64,000 nucleotides of DNA, from assembly GCF_006345805.1 (NCBI RefSeq), contig NC_043009.1, positions 17,608,001 through 17,672,000 on the forward strand. The letters run 5' to 3'. Every line of letters starts with the position of its first letter. Within the stretch, counting starts at the first letter, position 1. Source of the stretch: Octopus sinensis (lineage: Eukaryota). The notes under the pieces were generated by a model, which saw only the letters and a program-made list of their open reading frames with translations, ran no database searches and had not been told where the DNA came from. Below are positions 11,405-24,565 of the stretch, one piece after another. Both the position numbers and the translations under genes were made by a program.

Positions 11405-12617
11405 TATGTGAAAGTTATTAACAAGAAAATTAGAAAGCAGCTCACAATGTACAGAAGTATGCATCTCCAATCAAATGTGGATCGGTTATACTGGAAAAGA
11501 GCAGGAAGAAAGGGTTAATGGGTATCAAAGAAGTATTCAAACTAGAAGACACGGTTGCCAGCCATTAAAATAAAGAAAAATTTCTTTTTAAATATCTTAA
11601 AAGGAAGAAATTTTCCTTGAAGATGTAATAAATGAAAGAGGACTATTTATAGAATTTGTAAAGCCCAAAAAGAGTGAAAAGAGAAATATATTGAAAAGTG
11701 AGCATCAACAATGAAAAAACAAAAGAAAACTTCATTCAGTGGTTTTCAAAAACACAAAAGAAATAAGGTATGACAATAACAGCTGGTAATAGTTTTAAAA
11801 AATAGTATTAAAGAAACCAAGGGAATTACTTTGGCAGCACAAGAACAGACCTAAAGGTAAAATGGATGAAGATCTTGATACAAGAGGACTGTTCACCCAA
11901 TGCAAAATATGTAATGATTCAGATGAGACTCTAGCTCATATTTTATGAGGATGTTCACAGTTAGTAGAAAATTAATACAATAATTAGAGGCATGCTAAGA
12001 TTGCAACAATAAAAGACAGAAAATTTTGCAGGAAATTTAGTTTTGCATGCATATAAAAGTGCTTTGACTATTTTCTGAGAATAGAAAGAACGACCCTTAA
12101 AACAATTTGAGGTTTTTAGGGGATCTTCCAATTTAAACCAAAAGGAGAAAAGAGTACAACAGGCAAGATATCATAGAAGAAACTATGTATTGTAATTGAT
12201 ATGGCATGCCCATTTGTTACTAGAATTAAAAAAAAAAAATAGAATGGAAAAAAAAGAATATTGTACCGATGGAGTAGAAGTCCTCAAACACTGGAACAAA
12301 TAAATTAAGAAAGTCATGATCCTATCAGTTATCCTTATGACCTTCAGAACTGTAACAAAGAACTTTGATCACAAACCTGGAAAAACATGATCTTAATTTG
12401 GAAGTGGGTTCAATATAGAAAACATGTCTACTAGGGTCAGCAACAATTAACCAGAGTCTTCAGCAGAAAATAATAACAGAAATGAAAATCAAAAGAAACT
12501 TTTATATAATCAAGAAACAAAGCATTCCTCATCCCATTCCTCACTGTGTGGTTCAACAGGAAGTATAACTAAACCAGGCACAACACCAATACCACAAGAC
12601 AATAGAGTAATAATAAT
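11405..12617 (+). mobile_element. R4/Dong-clade non-LTR retrotransposon relic (3' part)
   Basis: Decayed reading: KIRKQLTMYRSMHLQSNVDRLYWKRAG; AAQEQ; CCHC knuckle CKICNDSDETLAHIL*GC...RH; endonuclease NRQDII...CIVIDMACPF; C-terminal TCLLGSATI. Ends in (TAA)n. Confidence 0.85.
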
Positions 12618-14660
12618 GAGCTCTCATTTGGACACATGGTCAGCAATTTTGCGGGAGGGAGTTAGTCAGTTATACTGACAACAGTACTTGATGGGTACAT
12701 TATTTGATTACCCTGTAAGGATGAAAATGGACCAAAGTGAGATCTAGACTCAGAATGTAAGAGTAAAAACAAAAACTACAAGATACTTTGTTCAGCACTC
12801 AGATGATTCTATCAGTCCACCACCCTCGACCATAACAATAATCATCATCATCATCATTTAATGCCCATCATCCATGTTAGCATGGGTTGGACAGTTTGAC
12901 CAGGGCTGGCAAGCTGAGGGGTTGCACCAAACCCCAGTCTGATTTGGCATGGTTTCTATGAGTGGATGCTCTTCCTCATGCCAACCACTCGGAGTAGTGT
13001 GATGTGATGATAAATATTTTCACTTAATTCTTAATTCTGCGGCATTAAATAGATGGGGTATGATTATTTGTCTGATTAAAACCCTCATTACTTAGTAATC
13101 AGAAATAACATGGCCATCAAGTTCTATTAACTATTATGGCGTAGTAAACTGAGGTACGACAATGAAATCCTGAATTGGTTGTCCAATTCTCTTATCTATT
13201 AGACTTCTACATATTAAACAAAAACATAACTAAGCGAAGAGTGAAATCAACTAACACTAAATAGATTTCCTTTAATAAACAAACTTATAATGTTTCTACA
13301 AAATGCTGGTGGAGGAGGAGTGAAACAGAAAATTTTTAAGTGGCTATTCATAAAGAGATGAAATTTCTGATCACACTACAGCAAAACTGTAAAAAAATAT
13401 TGGATATGTGAATTGTATTCTCACAATTGTTATTGGAACAGACAGGAAGAGATAAGGCATGAACATGAATTAGATATGTTCTAAGAATGTTGTGACTTAA
13501 GGAAAATTGGCCAAAGACTGATGTTACTATGAACAACAGGTGGCATAGCATTGACAATCAAGGTCAACAGCATCAAGCTAAATGCCTTGTGGTATTTGTT
13601 CTAGCTCTCTATATTCCAAGTTCAAATCCTGCAACAGTCACTGTTGCCTTTCATACCTTCAGGTTTGAAGAAATAAAATACCTTCAAAATTGCTGGTCTT
13701 GGGCTCTGATTAGCTGAGCAATTAGGCTGACAGCAATATCAACAGATATGCATGAAATACTGCAAGAACAAATATTTATCAATGAGTTAACAAAAATATT
13801 TGGTTAGTAATTCAAACATATCATTTGAAAAAGGAAACTCAAACAGCTACCGTTTCATAAGATAGATGAGAAGAGTCAAAGATTTAGTAGAGATGGAAGC
13901 TATGTGTACATAGGATGAAACATTAGGAAACTATGTGTTTATTTTCTCTGGATCATTAAGTTATTTCAGATATAGCCATACAGTATCATAACATCACTAC
14001 TATTCTGGGATTCCAGAGGAAAAGCATTCATTAAAATAATCAAGAAAGAAGCTGCAAGCACAAGCAAACATTTCTAAAGTATACAATAGTGACAAAAAAA
14101 ATTTTAAAAAATTAGAGATTCGTTGTATTTTGTTTATGGTGAAGAGATTGTTGGATCTAAATATTTTCATGACCCATAAAATGCTTCAGAGCAAAAATCA
14201 CATGATCCAACAAAGTTCAAATGGAACAATGACAGAAACAACTTCATTTTGTTATCATTCAGTGGAAGGCGGTCTTACAGTAAATCTTTAACGATACTCT
14301 TCATTAATCATCTAAATATTATGCATACAGAAAATGTCTGCATTAAAAGATGGTGGAGGTAATCTCTTTTAAATAGCATTTAAGACAAACACAATTTTCC
14401 ATCAATGGGTTTTCTTAGACATTAAAAAGTGAAATACAGAGAATGGTTGCAATGGATAAGTTGAAGTGAGAGGCCTGTAAATACTGAGGAGATGAATGGA
14501 ACTGAGGTTTAGCTTAAGCTTCTGTAAGAAATACTTAAAGAGAAGTCCAACTGGAAATAGTAGCTAAATATTCCTTATTCTACCATCTTAAAAAAAAAAG
14601 AAATTAAGGCACACTTTGTGCAAAAAAAAAAATGATGTGTTGGTGATGACTGGAACTCCC

Positions 14661-14876
14661 TTATCCCTTTTGATACCAACCCCTTAGACCAGCCTTGGTT
14701 CTATGATATAAATTTCCTATTTTACAGTGATCTACTTGAAACCTTCCCTCAAAATTTCATGTTAATTTATGTTCCACACACCATCTTATGATGACAAAAT
14801 TACTAGATTCTTGATTACTTTCAAAATTAATTGAAACAAAAGCACAGTATCAAAACAAATATGGTAACGAAAGGCT
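14661..14876. mobile_element. TTAA-associated MITE, family 2, second copy
   Basis: Aligns with 3549-3760 (CCCTTTTGATACCAACCC...GTAACGAAAGG). Confidence 0.6.
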
Positions 14877-14879
14877 TGG

Positions 14880-15012
14880 GCATGCTGGTGTACTTGTGGA
14901 CTCACTGGACAAGGGTGTTGAGCATTCCCGATATCTGAGCAGGAGGACAAAAGTTTGGGTCTTCAGGTCTCTAGTCCTCTCTGTCTTGCTCTACAGTTGC
15001 AAGACCTGGATG
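14880..15012 (+). mobile_element. RTE LINE fragment
   Basis: Translates SRYLSRRTKVWVFRSLVLSVLLYSCKTW. Confidence 0.75.
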
Positions 15013-15039
15013 CAGTTCTGCAACCATTGGATGAATTTG

Positions 15040-15530
15040 ATCAGGTAAAATGCTTAAATAGTCTTGACTATTAATTCTGTCATAAAGGGAAACCATTAGG
15101 CCAGTGGATTTCCAAGATATAGCCTCTCCAGATCATCACAGATCTTCTATGATTAACAGTTGGAAGAAGGCAGTCTGGGTCAAATGCTACTTTTGGCTGT
15201 CTCCACACATATACTCAGTTGGTGGTTGGAAATAGGATAAGCGATGACTCGGCCGAGAAAATAACATTCTTCCACTGCCCTAGAGACCAATTCTGTAGGT
15301 TTTTACTCCTTCAAATGCTTTGCAACATTTTTGAAAGTAGTGGATTTCTCATTACAGTCATCCTATGAAATCCGGCTTTGGGCAGCACCCAGCGAACAGT
15401 TTTTGTGGAAACTGGGTTCTCAAGGTGGTCATTAAGATCTGCAGTAATTCTGGGAGCTGTACTTTCGTGATCCTTTCTAACAATTCAGATAAGTGACTGA
15501 CGGTCCTTATCTGAAAGTTTTGGTTTTCTT
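15040..15530 (-). mobile_element. Tc1/mariner transposase relic
   Basis: Minus strand: [45 protein letters not shown]...WKNVIFSAESS...VWRQPKVAFDPDCLLPTVNHRRSVMIW. This matches Tc1 W..V.FSDES and PTVKHGG.SVMVWG motifs; the first catalytic D is mutated to A. Confidence 0.88.
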
Positions 15531-15810
15531 CATACATATACATACATGCATATACATGCATATACATACATATATATACATACATATACATACATATATA
15601 TACATACATATACATATATATACATATGTATACACATATACATATACATACATACATATATACATATACATACATACATATATACATATACATACATACA
15701 CATATATATATACATACATACATAAATATATACATATATACATATACATATATACATATACATACATACACATACATACATACACATAATATATACATAC
15801 ATATACATAC
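15531..15810. repeat. (TACA)n/(TA)n microsatellite
   Basis: Direct inspection. Confidence 0.95.
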
Positions 15811-15857
15811 AATAAATTCAGGGTGAATACTTAATATAACAGATGGTTTAAAGCTCT

Positions 15858-15949
15858 GCGGCTGAAGAGAGCTTTAAACCATCTGTTATGTCGATTACAC
15901 ATTGATGTAAGAATAGGTTGTTTTATAAAGCTTGAAACACGTGTACCGC
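15858..15949 (+). ncRNA. Type-I hammerhead ribozyme, minimal stem III, Penelope-like-element type
   Basis: GCGG(15858-61)-CTGAAGA(15862-68)-stem II GAGCTTTA...TAAAGCTT-GAAA(15934-37)-CACGTG-TA-CCGC(15946-49). All conserved core nucleotides are present and stem I GCGG/CCGC pairs. Confidence 0.75.
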
Positions 15950-16099
15950 GACATCCTTTGTGTTCTGTTTTTTATTTCATTTGATATATATACATACATA
16001 TATATATATACATATATATACATACACATACATAAACACATCTATACATATGTATATATACATATGTATATATATATTTATACATACATATATATATAT

Positions 16100-16316
16100 G
16101 GTGGACGCACAATGGCCCAGTGGTTAAGGCAGTGAACTTGTGGTCGTAGAATCTTTGTTTCAATTACCAGACCAGGCATTGTGAGTGTTCATTAAAGCTC
16201 CAGCAGGGGCTGGTGGTAAACCTTACCGTCCACTTTCACTAAAATTTTCTCTTACTCTTTCTTCCTGTTTCTTTTGCCCACTCTAGTGGAGTCCCACCAG
16301 AGTGGAGACAAACACT
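16100..16316 (+). mobile_element. tRNA-derived SINE
   Basis: A-box-like TGGCCCAGTGG, degenerate B-box GTTTCAATTACC, and terminal hairpin CCACTCT...AGAGTGG. Confidence 0.65.
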
Positions 16317-16396
16317 AAGATATTTATAAAAACATGACATATTAATAAATATCTGTAAATATAAAACCATCAAGATTTCTGAGTACCTCATTTCTT

Positions 16397-16430
16397 CTAA
16401 TATATATATATTATATATACACACACATAC

Positions 16431-16484
<54 letters not shown>

Positions 16485-16710
16485 ATATCTACATACATAT
16501 GTATGCATATATATATATACATATCTACATACATATATACATATCTACAAATATATATATATATATACACACACATATATATACACATACATAAATATAT
16601 ACATATTACATACATATATACATACCTACAAATATATATATACATACATATATACATACCTACAAATATATATACATACATATATACATACTACAAATAT
16701 ATATATATAT

Positions 16711-16759
<49 letters not shown>

Positions 16760-17149
16760 ATAAGTATGTGGTTTTACTGAGATCTCCCTTTTAAGTAGAA
16801 AGAATAGCCAGAACTCTTTGACTGCTATTTCTAAACTCGGTGTGTGGTGAGGCAAATCGTTGCTAAACCCTTAATTACTTACTATATATATATATATAAT
16901 ATATATATAATATATATACACATACATTTACATATATATATATACACACACACACATATATATACACGTATATATATATACACACACACACATATATATA
17001 CACATACATTTATATATATATACACACGTATATATATATATACACATGCATATATATACACATACATATATATATACACATACATTATATATACACATAC
17101 ATTATATATACACATACATTTTATATACACATACATTTTATATACACAT

Positions 17150-17205
<56 letters not shown>
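16397..17205. repeat. (TA)n/(CA)n microsatellite block with a ~120-bp unique insert at 16761-16881
   Basis: Direct inspection. Confidence 0.9.
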
Positions 17206-17207
<2 letters not shown>

Positions 17208-17714
17208 AAAGCAAATGAGAAAAAGGAGAGGATATAAAATGGACAGACATCAGCCAGTATACATTCGAGTATGTCTATTTATTCAACTGTAAAGGATGAA
17301 TGCACTCACAGGTACAGGTTATACAGATTAGCGAGAGGAAAAAGCTGGTAACTGCAAAGACAAGGGTGTGAATACATGTAAATATACAGAAACAAATGGG
17401 CAACTGAGCAAACGAGGAAAAGAATACCAAAGGGTGTGCATGAACTGGTACATGTGTGTGCATTCATCCTTCACAACTGAATAAGTAAACATACTTGAAT
17501 GTTTATTGGCAGATGGCTGTTGATTTTATATCCTCTCCTGTCTTCTTATTTGCCATATAAATCATGGGTAAATCACTTTTACCCCTGCCCAGATATAATA
17601 CTCAACTACAAGATTCACATGCAATAACTACCACATGACTATGAATAATTGGGTACAATACCAGCAGTATATTTGATAGGTACTATCCCTTGGTTTCTCA
17701 ACCTCTAACTCACA

Positions 17715-18748
17715 CAATATATACATATACACACACATAAATATATATACATATATATACTTACATATATATACATACATATATATACATATATACATAC
17801 ATATATATACTTATATACATACATGTATATGTACATATATACATATATATACATATATGTATATATATACATACACATACGTATATGTATATATATACAT
17901 ACACATACGTATATGTATATATATATACACATACACATATATATATACATATATACATACACATATATCATCATCATCATCATATATATATATACTTATA
18001 TACATACACATATATATATATACATATATACACACATATATACATATATACACACACATATATATATATACATACACACATATCTATATATATACATACA
18101 CACATATATATACATATATACATACACACATATATATACATATATACATACACATATATATATATACATATATACATACACATATATATATACATATATA
18201 CATACACATATATATATACAGGCATACATACACATATATATACATGCATACATACACATATATATACATGCATACATACACCTATATATATACATATATA
18301 CACACATATATATACATGCATACATACACACACATATATATATACATATATACATACACATATACATATATACATACACATATATATACATATATACATA
18401 CATATATACATAACATATATACATACATATATATATATACATCATATAATTAAGGGCTAAAGAGGGTTATTCTAAAGCCAAATACACTGTTTTATCCACT
18501 TATAATCCGCTTGCTACAGGAATATATATATACATATATATACATATATATATATACACATATATATATACCATATATACATACATATATATATACATAT
18601 ATATACATATATATATATACACATATATATATACCATATATACATACATATATACATATATATACATATATATATATACACATATATATATACATATACA
18701 TATATAATACATCATATATATACATTTATATATACATATATATACATT

Positions 18749-18802
<54 letters not shown>

Positions 18803-18897
18803 CATACATATTTATATATACACATATATTTATACACATACACTTACACACACCATACACTTACACACACACACACATACACATATATATATATATG
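17715..18897. repeat. (TA)n/(TACA)n microsatellite block with a short insert at about 18448-18522
   Basis: Direct inspection; includes a ~63-bp duplicated unit at 18520-18650. Confidence 0.9.
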
Positions 18898-18917
18898 AAT
18901 ATTAATTAGTCTTCTGT

Positions 18918-19177
18918 AATAATCCATAATAGTTATGCGTAAAATCCATTATATTTCAAACAAACGCCATTTTTCTGTATTACTTCACAATTTTTAAAAA
19001 GACTACCATTCGTTATATTATACAAATTCCACATTTGATATTACTGAAGGGAAGAAGAGTTATCTATAAATGCTTATCAATATAGGATTGCATTATTCAG
19101 TATTATTTAAGTCTATGAAATATATTTGGAATACAAGACCATATAATGGGTTTTACACATAACCATTATGGATTATT
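18918..19177. mobile_element. MITE-like element with ~37-bp TIRs
   Basis: AATAATCCATAATAGTTATGCGTAAAATCCATTATAT versus the reverse complement of 19141-19177, AATAATCCATAATGGTTATGTGTAAAACCCATTATAT (3 mismatches). Confidence 0.7.
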
Positions 19178-19397
19178 GACATGTGAATATACAGCTGTAT
19201 TGTATAATGCAGAGCATACATATCAATGTAAACTATATGCATAATTTCTACCACACTGAAATTAATTCTACATAAAGAAGGATGCAAAACAGCTGTAATC
19301 CTAAGGATGGCATATAGTTAAATAAATATCTATTCACCTCTCATATTTCCTGGCTTTTATGGCTTATATATACATATACATGTGTGTGTGTGTGTGT

Positions 19398-19437
<40 letters not shown>

Positions 19438-19719
19438 TTGGGATTTGGTTTGCAAGATTCTTTATGTGAGTTTGTGTGTTGAAGCATATGCTGTTGTGTC
19501 TGGGGTGAGCCATTCTCTTTTAGTGCCTTTCATCGGTAATATTTCCACTTATTTCCTTCTTTTCATTGCGTCTTGCAACCTCTTCAATAGTTTTGAGTCA
19601 AGACTATTGAAAAGGTTGCAAGACGCAATGAAAATTTTAGATTTTACCAGTGTGTGTGTGTTAAATTATAAGGCACTAAAAGAGAATGACTCTCCCCAGA
19701 CAGAACAATCATCATCATC

Positions 19720-19990
19720 ATCATCGTTTAACGTCCATTCTCCATGCTAGCATGGGTTGGACGGTTTGACCGGGGATCTGGGAAGCCAGAAGGCTGCACC
19801 AGGCTCCAGTCTTATCTAGCAATGTTTCTACTCCGTGAGTGTAGTGGGTGCTTTTTATGTGCCACCTGCACAGGTGCCAGGCGAGGCTGGCAACGGCCAC
19901 GGTCGGATTGGTGTATTTTACGTGCCACCGGCACGCAAGCTAGTCAAGGCGGCGCTGGCATCGGCCACGAGTCGGATAGTGCTTTTTTAT
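19720..19990 (-). mobile_element. RTE 3'-UTR fragment or RTE-partner SINE ending in (ATG)n
   Basis: Aligns with 7250-7560; adjacent (CAT)n tail. Confidence 0.8.
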
Positions 19991-19995
19991 GTACA

Positions 19996-20049
<54 letters not shown>

Positions 20050-20065
20050 TATATATATATATATA

Positions 20066-20699
20066 CTAGCTGAGGTACCCGGTAACAAAAACCCGTTAAT
20101 AATATTCTGTTGATAGCCATGAAACATTTCTCGGCAAAATTTGGCATGTTTCAAAAAATTAAAATCTATATTAATAGGCAGGACCAATTTAGCAAAGTCT
20201 GGTAGCAAACCCATGTAGTCTTCATTTTTGTGCATGTGTGTAAAATGGCGAAATTTTACGCTTTGGGGCAGATTTCATCAAATTGATATCATGACGGCTA
20301 GTGCGCAAAATACCTAAATTTTGCTTGAGAAATAAAATGCTCTTACCTAATCAAAACCTAAAACGGTGTGGAATTAAAACAATGAATTGAAATAAGTTTT
20401 TGCAAATCAAAACAATTCGCAATGAAATGAAGAATTAGCAAATGCTTGTTTACACCCATGAAACATTTTTCGTCAAATTGATGTCATGATGGCTAGTGCG
20501 AAAAATGCCAAAACTTTACAATTTATGAAAAATTGATGCTGATGAAAAATCAAATTTTTAAAAATTCCAAGAGTGTTAGTGACAGCATGGGCATAAGCCC
20601 CACACATGTGTCAAGTTTCATCAAGGATAGTTGGATAGTGTCGGAGGAGTTAAAGTAACAAATTCACCAACACACAAACTTGCCATTTATTATTATAGA
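20066..20699 (-). mobile_element. Non-autonomous Helitron
   Basis: Minus strand begins A|TCTATAATAATAAATGGC and ends CGGGTACCTCAGCTAG|T: 5'-TC, 3'-CTAG, inserted in an AT site with no TSD. Internal direct repeats near 20118, 20278 and 20457. Confidence 0.8.
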
Positions 20700-21299
20700 T
20701 ATATAAGAGAACAATAAGAATATATGTGTATCTATGTTTGTGTGTAGGTATGTATATGTACGTACATATACATATATATACCTACACGCATACATATATA
20801 CACATATATTCTTAATTGTTTCTTTTTACCAAGCCACTAAGTTACAGGGACATAAACAAACCAAGCAGTGGAGGACAAACACAAGCACAAAGACACACAT
20901 ACACACACAAAAATGCACACACATATATACACATACACACACATGTATATATGAATATTATTATTATTATTATTATATTATTATTATTATTATCATCATT
21001 ATTACTATTACAACTACTACTACTGCTACTATAGTAGTAGCAGCAGCAGCAAAAGCAGCAACAGCACCGACTTCCTACACAACCGCTGAACCTGGATGCA
21101 CATTCATCCATCCGTCGATGCTCTCAGTGTCGGGGGTTTACCTGCTTTCTCTTCTGCGGGTCTTACGAATAGCAAGGGACCACGTTTCGGACTTCTCCTA
21201 CTAAGAGGCATGATCTTGTGAGCTTTAGGACGAAGACCACTTCGCTCAACAAACAAACAAACAAACAAACAAGCAGTATTAGTAGTAGTGGCAGTATAA

Positions 21300-22340
21300 T
21301 TTCCTAACTAATCACAAGAGCCCAAAGAAGACAACAAAAGTACAAAATGTAAAAATGGAGGTGGGGTGCCTACATATGCCCCTAAACAAAAGGATATCAG
21401 GCAACAACAAAACTGCCCAATAAGCTGCTAAGGGCCAATCAAAGAAACCTCACAAAATCTGAATGGCTTTGGCCACCAAGGACAAGTGGCCTCTAACACC
21501 TGCCATTTCCCAACCTAAAGGCGCATTGCTCAGAGTAGGCCTTTTCATACATTCTATATCTGCAACTCTTACCCATTTATAAAGAATTTACTGGGAGGCA
21601 GCAGCTCCCTATCCACCCTCATTTTCCTATTCAAGTGAAACTTGAAAAGTTGATGGGGGCTTGACCAAAGGGTAATGTGTTTGTCTGCAATCCTTTCTAT
21701 CTCTTTCACCACAAATCCCCTTTCACTACAGCCATTTTCAGCCAAATAAAAACAGCATGGTGATTTTCACTATGAACTTGACTAATGAACAGATTGGTCT
21801 TACACACAATACAAATGCATGCAAAACAGTGTGTGGCTCTGTGCAAATCTCAAACAGACCTGATTGACTGCACTTGCATGCCTGCAGAATTTGTCCTGAA
21901 CTGACAAGGCATCCTTCCACCACTGTAGTCTAGTTTGGCTAGAGATTTTAAAAAGTTTTTAGATCCTGAACCAAAAGTTCTCTAGAACAGACAGCTAGTT
22001 GAATCTCGATGACACAGTTTCCCAGAGAACATTGATTTTCACCAGTCCTTTACATGAAAGCTGCACCAACCATATTGCTGGACTTGTAGAGAGGGTTGTG
22101 AGCGACAACACACCAGATGCCAGGTAACCACTCCTAGTCTTTGCCTGGCTCAGGACAACTACAGCTCCGTTAAGGAGACAAACTGTGAAAATATGCAAGT
22201 GAACAGGAATCTCTCTTCTAAATTACTAGTGCTTAAAACAGAGTGGGTGGATTTTCCCATTTTGTTGCCAACATGTTGCAATTAAGGGTGGGATACATAG
22301 AGTTTAGTCGTCTTGAATTAGTGTAGAAGCAAGGTCATTC
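21300..22340 (-). mobile_element. Tx1/L1-like LINE relic (zf-RVT and C-terminus)
   Basis: Frame-shifted minus-strand pieces: RTFGSGS...KSLA, ..PVQDK, TVLHAFVLC and AVVK..W..R.KGLQTN...GQAPINF. Heavily decayed. Confidence 0.5.
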
Positions 22341-22915
22341 ACAACATAAACCTCCACAAATGATAAATCCTAAATATCTTCTCATACTCCTAAAGGAAAC
22401 AAGAGACTTCATTGTTAAGTGAATTGATGGAAGACAAATAGAGGATCCCAACAGTAGAAGGAGTATACAGTTAATGAATGTATATCACATATATATTACA
22501 TACATACATACATACATGCACACACACACACACACACCACACACACACACACACATACACACACACATAAACACACATGATTTGTTTATACAAAATTCGT
22601 TTCCTGGCCCAGCAGCAAGCAAAATGTTATCAGTATGCATTTATAAGGAATGTCTGTGAGTGGTATTCTAGCACTCAAGAAAGCTAGAATACTGTTTTAC
22701 ATTTTTACTAGTTTCAGTTATTAGATTGCAGTAATAGAGAGGCACTGCCTTCAAAAGTTGTATTTCGTCAGTTGTATTTCGTCAGTTGTATTAACCTCAG
22801 TGCTTTAATCTGGTACTCATTTTATAAATCTTTATTTATTTACTAGCTATGTCCACCTAAATACCGAATGTATCTTTGTTCCACACTGATTGGTAACCCA
22901 TCAATGACACACTCA

Positions 22916-22950
<35 letters not shown>

Positions 22951-24032
22951 ACACACAACAGAATTTTAGAGTGTCTGTCTACAAACTTATTTCACTCACA
23001 AAGTATTGATCAATTTGAGACCATGGCAGAATGCACTTTCTCACAGTGAATCGAAACTGGAACCAAGTGGTTATGGTTAAAACTTCTAAACCACACAGCT
23101 ATACCTGCACCCAACATCCATAACAACCTGTTCAGACTTGCACTACAGCAGTCACTCTAAGAAAACTTATGAAAGACATATCCATGTTATACATGCCACG
23201 CCACAAAATAAACAAATTTTCTGTGACTTTTAAAGTTTACTCTTTCATGAAAGATACAATAAGGGTTCACAGAATAGAGAGCACTGTCACAAGATCTTTG
23301 GTGGGTATATTATCTTGTTTATGTGGATATATTTTCATTGAACTTTTGGACACATATCTGAAATCTACACTCTAAGGCATATCAAATGAGATTGTTCTGA
23401 GTTTTCAAAAAGAACATTTACAATAAAAAATTATTCTTGCATAGGTATAAAGCTTCAGAGTATATATTGCTACTAGGAAACTTTTACAATTAAACTATGT
23501 TGTAATGTTACGTAATATGTGAGGAAATAGTTGAAAGAAAACAGTTATTAAAACTACAGAACAATCTCTTTTGAAATAATACTTCATGTAGATGCGTGTA
23601 TATAGAAAGTTATGGCATTCAGGCAGTCCCTTACAATAAATAATTGCTATATTTTATAAAGATGATATCTCAGATTTATAAGCAGAATAAAATCAACAGT
23701 TATGATGATCATCTTTTATAAAGGCATTACTAATGTTTGTGAAACAATAAATAAAATAATTAAAGTCAGCCAATAAATAATGCGTTTTGCATTCCTTTTC
23801 ATGTGTCTGTTACCTTTAGCTGCCAGTGAAGAGGATTCACACATGAAATATCTAATTATAAATAGTTTTCTCCATAGACTTTAATTTGCGCTTTTTCTCC
23901 AACAAGTTCTCAATTGAAATTAATGTGCTACAGGCACAATTTTTCATTTACAGTCCCTGACTACATTTTAAAAGTCACTGATCCATAATTGCTACTAGAG
24001 GAAGATCTTAACTGCAGATGAACAACAGTTAT

Positions 24033-24067
<35 letters not shown>

Positions 24068-24565
24068 TTTTAATGTTTTTTTACAAGATAAATGACACAA
24101 CTAAAATATTATTTGCTTCATCCTGAGCAGAAACAATGATAATGTCTGTTCTGGGAATTGTTAGTGACTGAACTAGTTTATAACTTTCACTCACAGACCT
24201 ATAACAGCTTGCCATGCAGTTTTATCTTCAGATGTTGGCTTCCGGTCAATAAAAAATGAAATCCAGGTGAACAGGCTATTATACACTGAGCAAACAACAC
24301 TGAAGGAGATCTTTTGAGGTTATTTGGCTGAGATGGTCATTAGTGTTTATTATATCTGTTGTTTGTTTTATCTTCAGTAATGGGAGAGAGAAATTAGCTA
24401 AAGTATTATTTCAACTTTTATTATTTTAAGTGGTAGATACTAAAATGGTTGCACGCTGAACTACACAGCTTCAACACTGAAGTTCAAATCCAACAAAATC
24501 TGACTGTAACTTTCATATATCATCTTAAAGTCAGTAAAATAATTTTTGAGGTGTTTAACTATTAA

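Noticed and set aside
20734-21204. 156-aa ORF with poly-Y/I/T/A runs
   Set aside because: Built from a SINE fragment plus (TAT)n, (TAC)n and (CAG)n tracts.
22757-22793. 14-bp tandem repeat (AGTTGTATTTCGTC) x2.6
   Set aside because: Trivial slippage duplication inside a decayed SINE.
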